Shown here piece after piece: positions 11,213 through 23,877 of a stretch of DNA of 64,000 nt. Every line of letters starts with the position of its first letter. Position 1 is the first letter of the stretch. Both the position numbers and the translations under genes were made by a program. A model generated the notes under the pieces. That model worked only from the letters and a program-made list of their open reading frames with translations. It made no database searches and was not told the DNA's origin. Source of the DNA: Candidatus Bathyarchaeota archaeon (lineage in GTDB: Archaea; Thermoproteota; Bathyarchaeia; Bathyarchaeales; Bathycorpusculaceae); the NCBI GenBank assembly GCA_963720565.1, contig CAVRFW010000012.1, forward strand, positions 84,984 through 148,983. The letters are read 5' to 3'.

Positions 11213-12628
11213 TTCACGTACACTCCCCTGAGCCTTATCATGGGTCCGCCTGTATAAACGGGGATTCCTTGCATGGGATCTCCTTTTCCACATGTAGCTG
11301 CATGCGTATTCGACCTTCTCGGACACGGCGTCTACTGCACTCCAGAAAACCTGCGTGGTTGTCTCGATCACGGGTCGAGCGACGCGTCCCTTGAGTTCGC
11401 CGTTTTCGATCAGGTAGGCTTCGCGACCCACGTAGCGCTGGTTGAAGCGTATGTCGTCGATGTTCCATTCGGTGAAGGACTTCATGTAAACTCCATGCTT
11501 GACATCGTCAAATATCTCTTGTTCGTTATAGTCGCCTGGCTCCACGAAGGTGTTGGACATGCGCACTATGGCTTCCCGGTCGTACCTTGTGGATCGGGAG
11601 GAGCCGTTGCTTCTGGTTTTTAGTTTGGAAGCGCTCTCTCTGTTTTGCAGAAACTCGTTGATGACGCCGTTCTTGTAGAGGTAGCGTGGTCTGGCCTTGA
11701 TTCCTTCGTCGTCGTACTCGAAGTAGCCGTAGCTGTTCTTCACGGTTGGGTCATCAATCACGTTCACTACTGAGCTTCCGATTTTGGTGCCAAGCCAAAA
11801 AGGACCCTTTGGGTATATGAAGGACATGCCTGCTTGGCTCATTTCGCGGCCTAGTATTCTGTCAGCTTCCATCGGGTGCCCGCATGATTCATGTGCAGCT
11901 ATACCCGTAACTTCCGAGCCGCAAATGAGATCCATTTTTCCAGGTGCGACAGCCTTGGCTTCCCTGATCGTGGTCTGCAGCATCTTCGCTTCGCTAATCA
12001 TCTTCTCGGTCAATCGCCATTCCTCCAGTGCTTCCCAACCGCCTGAGTACCCGAACTGCCTGTATGATTGCTCGCACTTCCCGTTTTCCATAACCGTGAG
12101 ATATGCAAACGCGCCAACCGTGGGAAGGTAAGAGGAGATTGCGGAACCTTCAGTGTTGACAAAGTACTTTTCAATCGAACTTGTTCCGGACCTGAACATT
12201 CTTCCCGAAACGTTTACTCCCTGAGAAGTCAGCTCCTTGTCGAGTTCCGTGAATGCATCGATCCGTGTTTCAGCCTGCACATCCTCGAGCCGCGTTTTCT
12301 CCTCTACCTTCCAGCTGGCTTTCACAGCTTTTTCTTTGGCGAAGGTGATTTTGTCTTTCCGGTTTGCCGTTTTCGCCAGTCTAAGAGCGAGGTCAACGAT
12401 GCCTTCTGCCTCTTTTCTAGTCCACTTGTTAGTGGAAGCGAAGCCGATTCCGCCGTCCGCCAAGATTCGCACGCAAAAGCCACTGTCAACTGCTGAAACA
12501 TAAGCGTCTAAGACGCCGTTTTTCATGGAGAGATCTTCGCTTTTCTCGCTGTGCGCCCTAACCTCCGCGTACTCAACCGCTTTTCCTGCGGCAATGCTTA
12601 ACGCATAATCAACCAAGTCTTTGTCCAA
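11209..12628 (-). CDS. tldD: TldD family metalloprotease (frameshift ~11297)
   Basis: HESCGHPMEADR, YDDEG, VRMSNT; corrected C-terminus TCGKGDPMQGIPVYTGGP...VK*. Confidence 0.92.
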
Positions 12629-12854
12629 GTGAATTCACAGCTTCTCTTTAGCAGTAACAAGATTATAACTCTTCGCGAATCTATATTACCCGCCAGAATT
12701 CAAAACTTTTTCTCAAACTGACAAGGATTGGCTACAAAGACATGTTAGGCGCGCTGATACTATATTGTAAATGAGTTGTTGGCCATAGCGAAATTTATAT
12801 CGGGTTTCTTGCGTATTGTTTTAGCGGGGTTTGTGTCTGTGGAGGTGCGGGTGC

Positions 12855-13766
12855 TTGAGCTTTAAGAGTTTGTCAAATTACAAGGTGGTGCTGGTTCTTC
12901 TGCTTGTGGTTGCCATTAACCTGATTGTTTCTGCTCTAGTTTGGTATTCGGATTTTTTTGTTCACGGTGAACTCTATAAGTACGGTTTAGTTTACAGCCT
13001 TGATTGGGCGGATCCATATTGGGTTTCTACTGCGATGCTTTGGGCTGTCCTTGGGGGAGCTACCATTTTTGCAGCCATGGCCAGTTTCGTGCATTATTTG
13101 CCCTGCAGAGAGGTCAACCGGTTTTCCGAATGGTCAAGAGTAGGCGAACCCGCTGTCATGCATTATGTGGACTCTAAATACTCTGGTCGCCTGTTGAGGT
13201 GGACAATGGTTTTGTTACCTCTCTTGGCTCTCGTCTTCGAGGGAATAGGCGTCTTTTATTTTGACCAGAAAAGCTCTATCGTGTGGAACACTCTCAAAGA
13301 CTACGGGCTGCGAAAACGAGGCAGAGTGGGTAACAACTTACAACCTCATCAGTGTGCCTGCCGTCATGTTAATGGCAGTTGCGCTTTTTGTTTTGGTTAT
13401 TCCGGCAGTCGTGGCTGCGAGTAGCGGATCCATGGTGAGGCGCTCCAACAATTTAAGAAGGGGCGAAGCCTCAATTACCCCGCAAATTCGGAAGAAGCGG
13501 TTGAGCTGCAACAGAAGATAGTGCGACCTTTGGAAAGCCCAGGTGAAACGTCAATTGCTTTCGAAAAAGAGGAAATAAAGCCAGAAGACCCGGCAGTTCT
13601 GCAGTCGCCAATCCCAATATACTCTTCAGAGAAACTTTTAACAGTACAGAAAAAACTAGAAATAGCGAGGGCAGAGGCCTCTACTGCAGCTGCGCAGAAG
13701 ACTACAAAAAAGCGGAGAAAACGCTCACGAAGAAAGCGAAGGCAAAGTCGGTCACGGGCACAATAG
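12855..13766 (+). CDS. Membrane protein with polybasic tail, paralog A (frameshifted)
   Basis: FVHGELYKYGLVYSLDWADPYW motif; KKRRKRSRRKRR tail; similar to 14632-15873. Confidence 0.7.
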
Positions 13767-13820
13767 GTGCAGGCATGAAGTCAAGATGGCAGGCGCGTTT
13801 GATTCAATCCTGAAGAAGCT

Positions 13821-14189
13821 TTGCCAATCAGGTTAGGTGCATCGCTATTATTGTGGCGGAATAATGTTTTTCTTCCGGATCTTGAGAATTCTGAATGGTT
13901 GTCTGTGTTGTCTGAAATCGAGAAATTAACAGACTTGAAAGAGAGAATCATTAACATTGCGAGAAACGAGAGAAGCGGCTTGTTGATAATTCCCCTTGGA
14001 GTCTTTCTTGCTGGCACAGGGTTAATCTTCAGTGTCATAGGAAGCAATAGTCCAGCATACATTGGCGGAATCCTGGTTTCTGGGTTGGGGGTTTTTTCAA
14101 CTTTGTTTGGGTTCTACATATCGGTGCATTACGCTCATCAATACAATAACTTGCTCGATGAACTTGAAAACAAGGTTATAGTGAATTGA
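13821..14189 (+). CDS. Small two-TM hypothetical protein (true start probably downstream)
   Basis: Two hydrophobic helices flanked by charged segments. Confidence 0.55.
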   Translation: MPIRLGASLLLWRNNVFLPDLENSEWLSVLSEIEKLTDLKERIINIARNERSGLLIIPLGVFLAGTGLIFSVIGSNSPAYIGGILVSGLGVFSTLFGFYISVHYAHQYNNLLDELENKVIVN

Positions 14190-14631
14190 GCCGGGCAGCA
14201 TTCTCAACAGCGAAGGCATGACAGCGCTTCGTGGGCTAGCGGTTCGTGGTGAGTTCGAAAGTTTCGCATATAATTTGGTAAAAACATAGATGAGGATGCT
14301 TTGCCCACAGCTCTAGGGAACGGTATATTCGTTGGACTATGAGGCACACTAGGTAATCAAATCGCCCACAAAGCTCTGATGCAACAGATAGAATATGCCA
14401 TTAACAAATTGAAAAAAGAAATAGAGAACGGAACACACGAATGTGCTTCTTCGCGCGACGACTTAACGGAAATGACCCTGAAAGCCTTGGGCAAAAGGCG
14501 TTCGACAAAGGGGGAGAAAGCAGTGTTTATCGTTTTATGGTGTGCGCGGGTTGAAAAATTTATATTGTCTATCGGTCGGATTGTTGTAGGATGCCAGATC
14601 AGTGGTTTGATTCCGTGGAAGGGAAGGCTGT

Positions 14632-15873
14632 TTGGATCTTAAGAGTTTATTGAACTATAAGACCCTGTTCTTTCTGCTTTTCGTTGTCGCTGCAAACTTG
14701 GTAGTTTTTGTTTTGCTGGGGCGTTTGGACGGCTTCGTTCACGTTGACTTGTACGGTTACGGCTTGAATTTCAGCGGCGACTGGGCTAATGAGTATTGGC
14801 AGCTGAATGGACTGCTCTGGACCTTCCTTGCCGGAGCCACCGTCTTTACGGCTGTTTCGATGGTTTTGCATTATTTTCATAGTAAAAAGCCTAGCCGCTT
14901 GTCCAAGTGGACAGGATTCTTCGTGCCCATCATCGCCATAGTCTACCAAGTAATTTCCATCATGTACCTTAACCAGATAAACGGACTCGTGTGGAACAAG
15001 CTCTACGATTACGGAGTACGATACGACATCGACTGGTCAGCCACGTATAACCCCATCAGCATGCCAGCCCTCACTCTAATGGTAGTTGCGCTCTTGGCGT
15101 TGATTATTCCGGCGATAAGAACTTTAGACATAATTCAGATCGAGATTGTGCAGGAAGACGAATTCGAGGACGTGGCTACCGAAGATTCTGAAGAAGAGGT
15201 CGAGCAGCAGGAGATAGTTCAACCTTTGGGAAGAACAAGCTCTGCGTCCACAGCTTTAGAAAAAAAGGAATCGGAGCTAAAGATTTTTACAGGTTCGACT
15301 GCCTTGGAGAGAGAAGAGATTGAGCCAAAAAGCCTGACGGTTCTGCAGTCGCCAGAGCAGGCAGTTTTGCCGCCAGCCGCTTTAGAAAATTCGAGTGCAA
15401 AGTCGGCACCTGGGAGAATAGATGAAACAGAACCAAGCTTGGCAGTTCTGCAATCAACAGAACCAGCAGATAGTTCAGAGAAACCTGCAGCGGAAGAGAA
15501 AAAGTTGGACAGAGTTGAGAAAGAAGCTTTGGCTGCAACTGTCAAGAAGACTACGAAAAAGCGGAGAAGACGCTCACGAAGAAAGAGAAGAAGATTACGT
15601 GCCAAGGCGCAGGTCAGTTCAGGGAAACCTGCGGCAAAAGAGAAGAAACTGGCTACAGCTGAAGCAAAGACTCTGGGTGTGCTGAAAACAGCGCCGAAGG
15701 CAATGCAGTCGTCGCCAATAAAGCCTGCTATGGTGTCGCCTGGAAGAAGGAAGAAGACACTGGAAATAGTCGGAGCGGAAAAGTTAGCTGGGCAGAACAG
15801 GAAAAAGCGGAAGAAGCGCTCGCGGAGAAAGAGGAGAAAATCACGTATCAAGGCACCTTCGCCGCAAGCATGA
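14632..15873 (+). CDS. Membrane protein with acidic linker and duplicated polybasic tail, paralog B
   Basis: Four TMs, two LYxYGxxxxxxW repeats, E/D-rich linker, two KKRR/KKRK-RSRRKRR blocks. Confidence 0.8.
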   Translation: MDLKSLLNYKTLFFLLFVVAANLVVFVLLGRLDGFVHVDLYGYGLNFSGDWANEYWQLNGLLWTFLAGATVFTAVSMVLHYFHSKKPSRLSKWTGFFVPIIAIVYQVISIMYLNQINGLVWNKLYDYGVRYDIDWSATYNPISMPALTLMVVALLALIIPAIRTLDIIQIEIVQEDEFEDVATEDSEEEVEQQEIVQPLGRTSSASTALEKKESELKIFTGSTALEREEIEPKSLTVLQSPEQAVLPPAALENSSAKSAPGRIDETEPSLAVLQSTEPADSSEKPAAEEKKLDRVEKEALAATVKKTTKKRRRRSRRKRRRLRAKAQVSSGKPAAKEKKLATAEAKTLGVLKTAPKAMQSSPIKPAMVSPGRRKKTLEIVGAEKLAGQNRKKRKKRSRRKRRKSRIKAPSPQA

Positions 15874-16034
15874 AGTCAACCATCAGCGTTTGGTGTGCTG
15901 GCCTACTCCTTTAATGGTGCAAAGCCTGGATCATGAACATGCAGTTGTGCGTTGCATGTTATGCTATTTAAAACTAAAATAGAAGAATTGATTGAAGATA
16001 AGCTAAACATTGAGGCTTGGAAGTTGATGCATTT

Positions 16035-17298
16035 ATGGGAAAAGAAACCTTTGATGTTGAAAAATCTGCAATGAAGTTAGTTATGACTGATAATGTAGTG
16101 GAGAAGAAGAAAATAGCTAAAAAAATCTTCGATGCTGCATCTGAAAAGGGGATTTTTCCTTCAAGTATTCAAAAGTTTTACGTGGCTCGCGGCAGTGGCA
16201 AATTTAGCGGTTGCACAGTTCCCGCCATAAACTTGAGGAGCATGACTTATGATTTGGCTCGCGCGATATTCAGAGTAGCAGAAAAGAATAATTCTGGGGC
16301 TTTTGTCTTTGAGATTGCCAGGTCAGAAATCGGCTACACCAATCAACCGCCGATTGAATTTGCAGGAATGGTTTTGGCCGCAGCTGTAAAGGAAGATTAT
16401 TCGGGACCAGTCTTTATCCAGGGTGATCATTTCCAGGTTAACGCTGCAAAGTTCAAGGAAAATCCTGAGAAGGAAATTGAAGGTTTACAGGCGTTGATAG
16501 GAGACGCGATTGATTCGGGCTTCTATAATATCGATATTGACTCGTCAACTCTTGTCGATGTATCAAAACCTGATTTGAAGGAACAACAACTTTTGAATTA
16601 TGAAATCTGTGCGAGGCTTACCCAGTTCATCCGCCGTGTTGAACCCAAAGGAGTAACTATCTCGGTGGGTGGAGAGATAGGAGAGATTGGACACCAGAAT
16701 TCGACGGCTGGAGATTTGCACGCATTTATGTCAGGCCTCGAAGACAAGCTGCAGAAGGGTTTGGTTGGCATAAGTAAGATTTCGGTTCAGACTGGCACTA
16801 CTCATGGCGGTCTCGTTCTTCCTGACGGGTCGATGGCGCAGATCAAGCTTGACTTTGAAACGTTGAAGACTCTTTCCGGAAGTGGCTCGAAAAAGCTATG
16901 GATTGGCCGGGGCTGTTCAGCATGGAGCTTCCACTTTGCCTCCGGAGGCATTCCACAAGTTTGTCGAGTGCGAGACTGCTGAGGTGCATTTGGCCACAGA
17001 GTTTCAGAACATGATTTATGAGTCAAAACACTTTCCAGTTCAGCTGAAAAATAAGATATACGAGTGGTTAGCAGTCAATGCGGCTGGCGAGGCTAAGTCG
17101 GGGGAAACAAAAGAGCAATTTCTCTATAAGACTCGAAAGAAGGGGTTAGGACCATTCAAGAAAGAGATCATGAGTTTGCCGCAAAATAAACGTGATGCGA
17201 TTGCCGCTGAGATCGAAAACAAATTTGACTTCCTCTTTAAGCAGCTCAACGTTGTAAACAAGAGAGCCTTAGTGGACAAATACATCGTCCACAAGTAA
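16035..17298 (+). CDS. Class II fructose-bisphosphate aldolase family (frameshift ~16880)
   Basis: VPAINLR, FIQGDHFQ, GGEIGEIG, GTTHGG, AVQHGAST, EVHLATEFQN. Confidence 0.88.
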
Positions 17299-17578
17299 AC
17301 AAGATTGTTCGGACCAACCAAGCAAAAACAGGCTAAGTGTGCCATGAACGTTATTGTTTCCAAGAAACAAGCGAACAGCATAGGAAAGCTGATTTGGGAA
17401 AGAGAGGAGATAAACTGGTTGGTTTGTTCGGTCGCACTCCTATAGAAGGAAACGCTGCGCCTGTCGTTCATTAAGCCTTAAAGAGACTTAAATTTCGAGG
17501 CTACGATTCGGCTTGTGACTGAGGTCTTCACAGCTAGATGATGTTACATCACGCGCCACTTATGTTTCCGTGGCAGAT

Positions 17579-18867
17579 TCAATTGGCGCTATCTTTTTTG
17601 TGTGCGTTTCCATCTTCATCAACCGTTGTAATCGTGTTTGCTGCTATGTCTCTTTGCGCCAAGTAGCCGGGTCCAATCCAAGTGTTTTGTCCTACCTTGA
17701 CTCCGGGCATGAGAAGCGCGTTTATCCCCGTTTTCACCTCGTCGCCCAGGATTACGCCTAGTTTTCTTCTGCCGGTGTCGACGATTTTGTTTTTAATCAT
17801 CATCTTTACATGGTGGCATCGTCGAAGCGGAGGTTGGCTATGAGTGTTCCCGCTGCAAGATTACAGTGCTCGCCGATTATGCTGTCGCCCATGTAGGATA
17901 AATGGCCCACGTGGGTTCTGTCCATGATTATGCTGTTTTTTATTTCGCAAGCGTTGCCGATTCGTGTGTTTCTGCCTAGGCTCGTGCAAGGTCTAATGTA
18001 GCAGTTGGGACCTACGTCGGCACCTTCATCGATGAACGATGGGCCTTCGATATATGCTCCTGAACGAACGCGTGCAGTCTGGGCAACCGTGACTGGCCCA
18101 AGCAGATGGGCTCCTTCCTCTACTGTTCCGAGGACCTTGTGTTCCATTCGCTTAAGTATCCAAGCGTTGGCTTCAAGCAGATCCCAGGGTTGTCCAATGT
18201 CCATCCAGTCGTTTTTTGGGATTTCAGAGGCATAGACTTTCTTCTTGTCTTTAATCATTAGTGAAATGGCGTCTGTGAGTTCTATTTCTCCTCGAACCGA
18301 AGATTTGAGCTTTTTAACTGTTTTGAAAATCTCTGGGTTGAATACGTATAGTCCAGCGTTTGCTAGGTTTGATTGAGTTTCGCCCTGAGCTGGTTTCTCA
18401 ATAAGCTGTTTAATTTTTAGGTTGTTTTCCAGTTCAACTATGCCAAAGTTTTCGGGTTTTCCAACTGGAGTAACGGCCATAACTGCGTTTGGGTTTTGGG
18501 TTTCAAACACTTGAATTAGGTTTTTGAGGACATCTTGTGAGAACAACAGGTCCCCGTAAACGAGAATGAAGGAGCCATCAACATATGGTTCTGCTATGCC
18601 TGCAGCGTTTCCGGTTCCAAGAGTTGAGGGCTGTTCAACATAGTCAAGTTTGAAACCGAATTTTTGTCCGGCGCCAAAATACTCGCGAATTGCCTTGCTA
18701 AGATAGTTTGTGACTATGAGGGCTTCGGTTATGCCTGCCTTTTTTAGTGCGTCAAGGCAGTGTTCAAGGATAGGTTTTCCTCCGACCTTGATCAGGGGTT
18801 TGGGTCGCGTGGCGGTTAGGGGTAGAAGCCTAACGCCTTGTCCCGCGGCTAATATGACGGCTTTCAT
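17579..18867 (-). CDS. glmU: Archaeal bifunctional sugar-1-phosphate nucleotidyltransferase/acetyltransferase (frameshift ~17806)
   Basis: MKAVILAAGQGVRL, RPKPL, hexapeptide repeats, HLSYMGDS, TGRRKLG. Confidence 0.9.
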
Positions 18868-20233
18868 TTGTTTTCTTTTGTCTCCTTGGCGCTATGGATG
18901 ACGGCTTTTCCTTTTTCCATGATTTCGCGTGCAGCTTCTTGCGATTCGCCTTCAACAGTGACTCTAATGAGAGGTTCGGTTCCAGATGGTCTAATCAATA
19001 ACCACCCGTCTTCAAGGGTTATTCTTACCCCGTCGACTGTGGAAAAGTCCTTGAAATTTGGAAAGGCTTGTTTTATGTTCTTATCCACTGAGGCTAAGAC
19101 CAGTTCTTTCACATCATTTTCGCAAGAGACCTTCTCGCGCAAAGTTATGAATCGAGGGACTTCTGCGATGAATTCACTCATGGTCTTTCCCGATTCTTCT
19201 AGGGCGTTGAGAAAAAGAACTGCCGATAAGGGTCCATCGGGACAATAATGATAATTGTCGGGTGCACCCAAGCTCCGCATGGTTCGCCGCCGAAAAGAGC
19301 CCCTACCTGCTGTATTAGTTCTGAGACGTAGACGTCTCCAACTTTGGTTCTTGCGACTTTTCCACCGGCTGCTTCTACCATTCGCTCTATGCACATTGAC
19401 GCTTCAACTGTGGTGACTATGGTGCCGCCTTTGTGCTTGTGGACAATATAGGACGAGTATGCGGATAGTGCGTGGTCGAAGTCGACGAAACTGCCTTTGT
19501 CATCGATGAAAGCTACGCGGTCAGCGTCTCCGTCGAATCCGACTCCCAGGTCGGCGTCCATTGCTTTAACTGTTTTAGAGAGGCCTGCGAGTGATTCTTT
19601 TGTTGGTTCGGAGCTTCTCGCGGGGAAAAAGCCGTCAGGATTAGCGTTTAGAGTAATTACTTCACAGCCGATCTCTCGTAAGGCTGTGGGGGCGACGTGG
19701 AAAGCGGCTCCGCATCCTGGGTCAGCAACGACTCGCCAGGATTTTTTGGGTTTTGCTACCGTTTTCACTAGATCTAAGTAGCGCCTGTTCTCGTCTGAAA
19801 AGGTTGTTTTTCCGATGGCTCTCCAGCTGGCAAGTTCGAAGTTGCCCTCAGCGATTCTCTTTTCGACGGCGTTTTGGAGTTCATCCGCGTAGGACAGACT
19901 GGTATTGTCGAAGATTTTTATGCCGTTGTACTCTGGAGGATTATGCGAAGCTGTAATCATGAAGCCAACATCAGCAGAAAGCGTTCTGGTCAGATACGCT
20001 AGCACCGGTGTTGGAGTTACTCCGATTTTGCAGGTGTCAACTCCGCATGCTGACAGTCCCGAAACTAGGGCGCCTTCGATTAAGGGACCGGTGACTCTTG
20101 TGTCTGTTGCCACAAGCGCTTTTTTCGCTTTTGAGACAGACGCTGTAGCCATGCCGACCTTGCAGGCTAACTCGGGCGTTAAGAACTCGTTTACAACGCC
20201 CCTTACTCCGGAAGTACCGAATAACTTACCCAT
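18864..20233 (-). CDS. glmM: Phosphoglucosamine mutase (frameshift ~19260)
   Basis: LFGTSGVRG, ITASHNP, FDGDADR, RPSGTEP; translationally coupled to glmU. Confidence 0.9.
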
Positions 20234-20811
20234 ACTCAATCAACCTCAAGTATACATTTTGAACGCTTAAAACGATTTTGGAGCTATATTCCCGCGCGCT
20301 CTGGTTAGTGTACTGAGTTTTTTCGACGTTGCTCTTTGTGCAACTACCATTGCGTTCGATAGTTGTCTCTCCGCTTAAGTCGCACGAGTATAGCATTGTT
20401 GAAAGGTAATTTAGCGATGCTATAAAATTTCTTCACTAAAAATATGTAGCATAAATATGGTGTTAGCGAGTGCGTGTACATAAGAACGAGAATGAAGGGG
20501 TGTTCCGGGAAATGCGGGTTTCGAAGCACATGAGAGCGTTAAGTTCGAACAGGAGATCTAAGAATAGTCAAGCTTTGTGGCAATGCTTTTCGCAGACCGG
20601 GTCGGCTCTAGAAGGAATCTTGGTGTTGACACAGTTGTCTAACTGGTTTTTTTGCGGAGGAATTCATTCTTTAATGTATGTTGGGGCGGCGGATAATGAT
20701 TTCACCCCATTATTCTGGGGAACATGCATTGCTTCTGACAGCATAAGACGCGTTCAGCTTGTAGGGGAAATATCAAACAGAGTCTCTTTCAGAGACTTGA
20801 TGGAAACTGCT

Positions 20812-22378
20812 TTAGCCCTCAGCACGTTTATCGTAAGTTGTCTGCAAATTCGCTATTTCAGGGAAGGCTCTCTTCTTCTTTTTCTTACAAGGAAGATACG
20901 CTGCTGTCCCCACCAGTAGTGCTGAAGATGCTGCAACGATTGCAGTTATGACGAGCCAATTGGACGTTAGGAAGTCAGGTGTTGTTTGCACGGACCATAT
21001 CCTTAGATCTGGGTCGCAGAGTTGCGAGATGTACATGCAGCCTACGGTTACTATCTCTACCGTACCGTCATTATCAATGTCGCCGGTGGCTACGTTCCAT
21101 GCGAATACGCCTTCTCCGGTGGTCCAGTCTTCTTGGTATTTCAGCTTGAGGGTTTCTCCGTTCCATGACCAGATTCTAAGCCACGAAGCCTCAGGAGTAG
21201 TGCCTGCATTGAATCCGCCGTAAACGGCCGTTCCCCCGCTGGCTACGATGTTCGATTCGCTCGTCACCATCAACATCATTCAGAGTGATTGCTTTGACTT
21301 CGGTGATGTCGTTGATGAACCACTCACTGCTTTTCTCGAGAGCGAAAACGTTTCCGTTCCAGTTCCAGATTCTAATTTGCGCATTCATTTTTTGGCCATC
21401 ATACGTGAATCCGCCGGTTACTATTTCTGCAGTTCCGTCGCCGTCAACATCGCCCACCTTCACGTTCTCCACTAGCGTATTGCCCATCGGGTCCCCGGTG
21501 ACGGTTACTCCATATACGCCTTCTACCATTCGCCATTCCTCATTGGTTCCCAATTGAAGTTCTTGCCCGTTCCAGTGCCAAATGCGTAGTTGTCCGCTGC
21601 TGTTGGTTAAGCCATGATCGGAGCCGCCGGTTATGATTTCCACAGCTCCGCTTTTGTCCAAGTCATAAGCGTAAACCGAGTTGGCGCTTGCGTTACCATC
21701 AGTATACCATTCATGACTCTTTTCCATGTAGAGCTGATTTTCCTCCCAGCCCAATATGCATAGCCGAGCTACAGTAGTCTGGTTTCTGACGATTGTTCCT
21801 ACCGTTAGTATTTCTTGAACCCCGTCATTATCTACGTCGCCTGAAAATATTGAACGGGCGCTTATCCCCTCATAGTTTGCTTTCAAAACCAAGTCTTCAT
21901 TGTTCCAGCTCCAAACCCGTATTGAACTACTACCGCCAGTGCTGTTTATGACAAGCCCTCCGGTGACTATTTCTGTTTTCCCATCGCCGTCCAAGTCAGC
22001 AGCGTAAATTGACTGCAGAACTCCTGCCCAGTTGAAGTTGACCTCAAGCGTGAAGTTTTCACCATTCCAATTCCAGATCCGAAGCGGAGCTTCCAAATCA
22101 ACCCCTGTATAGTCAGGTTTGCTATACGTCAGTCCGCCAGTAATCATCTCCAATACTCCGTCGTCGTCCACGTCTCCGACAAAAAAGTTGTGAGTGCCAA
22201 AATTGCATGTGCCCCCTACCCCATATGTTGGCCAATGCTGTTCCCACTCCAAAACTAGCACGTCGCCTTGCGCTTTGACTGTTAGACCGATTGAAAATAA
22301 CAAAGTTACGAGCAACAAAACTGATAGAGGCTTGCTTAGACGCTTCAACCCGTACACATCCACAAAGGCATTCTTCAA
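20812..22378 (-). CDS. FG-GAP/VCBS repeat beta-propeller surface protein with C-terminal anchor (frameshift ~21255)
   Basis: About seven DxDxDGxxEI-type repeats alternating with LRIWxWNG; signal peptide; TM plus KKKKKR. Confidence 0.85.
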
Positions 22379-22814
22379 ACTAGATAAAATATGATTATGA
22401 GAGTAATGAGTCTTTAGGGTTTGCTGCGGCTCCAGAGCGAAACTGAAGGAAAAAAGGAGAATTCAAATGCTAAGCTCTAAGGCTGCTGCAAAGCAATCGT
22501 GACTTTAATCCGGAGCTGTGCCCTAGTATACCCTGGGTTTGCTATTCAAAATTGGTTTGCTAAGGGTTGGGTGAAAGTACTTGCCCTTTTCCTAATAGAA
22601 ACGAGTGAATATCCAGGAAAACCATTCTTGCATCAAATTATTTTCCCGAAAGCATAGTTGAAACGTTCACAACCGCAGACGTCCAAATAAGTCCCTAGTT
22701 TGCGAAAGTAGAAGCACGCCCTTGGAATAAAACCTTCAAACACTCTTGAGCCTGTGACGTTCCAAAAATCTTTATTGTTAGACAGCGGAGTTAATAATTT
22801 GGAGGATTGAAATT

Positions 22815-23565
22815 ATGAAGTTGTTAGGAAAGGTAGCCTTGATCACTGGCGCAAGTTCGGGTATTGGCAGGGCTATAGCGCTCTACATGGCTGAAGAAGG
22901 AGCAGATGTGGCAATAAATTATCACTCAAATCTTGCTGAAGCAGAAGAAGCTGTAATAGAAGCAAAAACGTTCGGCAGAAAAGCAATGGCGGTGAAAGCT
23001 GACGTTTCAAGTCACGAAGAAGTTAAGGAAATGTTTGCTCAAGTAATAAAACGAATTTTCTACTCTGGACATTTTGGTAAACAATGCCGGCATTGGCAAT
23101 CTTATGCCTGCAGTAAGCATGAAAGATAACGTTTGGAATACCATGTTGGGGATACACTTGTATGGCACAATGAACTGCACTCGGGAGGCTTTAAAAATTA
23201 TGATACCTAAGAAATCTGGCAAAATCATAAACATTGCATCTATATGCGGAACAACAGGTTGTCTTGGAGCTGCTCACTACTCCGCCGCAAAGGGAGGGAT
23301 AATTGGATACACACACGCGGTTGCAAGAGAAGTCATATCTCAAGGCATCAACGTCAACGCAGTTGCCCCAGGATACACGGATACACCCTTGCTATCTAAG
23401 GGCGGCTTAACTGACGAAATGCTAAAACTGTTGCTTGCTGAAATCCCAATCGGTAGACTAGGCAAACCACGAGAGATTGCGTCTTTGGTGGCTTACTTAG
23501 CAACTGAAGATGCTAACTTCATAGTTGGACAAGTCATAAGCCCAAATGGTGGTCAGGTAATATAG
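22815..23565 (+). CDS. SDR oxidoreductase, FabG-like (frameshift ~23055)
   Basis: TGASSGIG, VNNAG, YSAAK, VNAVAPG. Confidence 0.9.
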
Positions 23566-23637
23566 CCCTGCAAAATTCCTTATCGACAAAGCCATGAACA
23601 TCACCTCGCAGGACCCCCTCAAATTTCTTTGTAAAGA

Positions 23638-23683
23638 TGCAGGGAGAGATTTGAATCCCAGTTAAGCGGATGCACTGGTCTCC
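23638..23683 (-). other. Degenerate tRNA 3'-half-like sequence (possible att remnant)
   Basis: Reverse complement ends GGGATTCAAATCTC-TCCCTGCA (T-arm plus acceptor strand); no 5' half seen. Confidence 0.4.
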
Positions 23684-23877
23684 TATGAAAAACAGAAGTA
23701 AACTATGCGGGTTTCTTTCTGATCGTTGGTTCTGTCCTTATGGTTCATGCTGGCGCATTGAATAAATTGTATCCGTGCTAGCGTGTTAAGTTCCAAAAAC
23801 CAGTTTGAGGATTCATAAATCATTTAAATCTACAATAGAAATTGAAATCGCGCGCTACATTGCGTGGTGTTGGATTG

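Noticed and set aside
9983..12628. 881-aa TldD-TldE fusion in the ORF track
   Set aside because: A frameshift near 11297 hides TldD's conserved CGKG..Q C-terminus; once corrected, TldD stops at 11209 overlapping the TldE ATG.
12744..12754. GTTAGGC as an integron attC core
   Set aside because: No matching RYYYAAC arm or attC hairpin seen, and no integron integrase in the window.
20344..20919. ORFs 20344-20529 and 20470-20919
   Set aside because: No recognisable motifs, and the longer one overlaps the FG-GAP gene end; treated as non-coding.
20812..22378. Periodic repeats as a possible array
   Set aside because: Protein-level FG-GAP blades with degenerate DNA; no identical repeat-spacer structure.
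23638..23683. Functional tRNA gene
   Set aside because: No D-arm or 5' acceptor strand; T-arm is imperfect.
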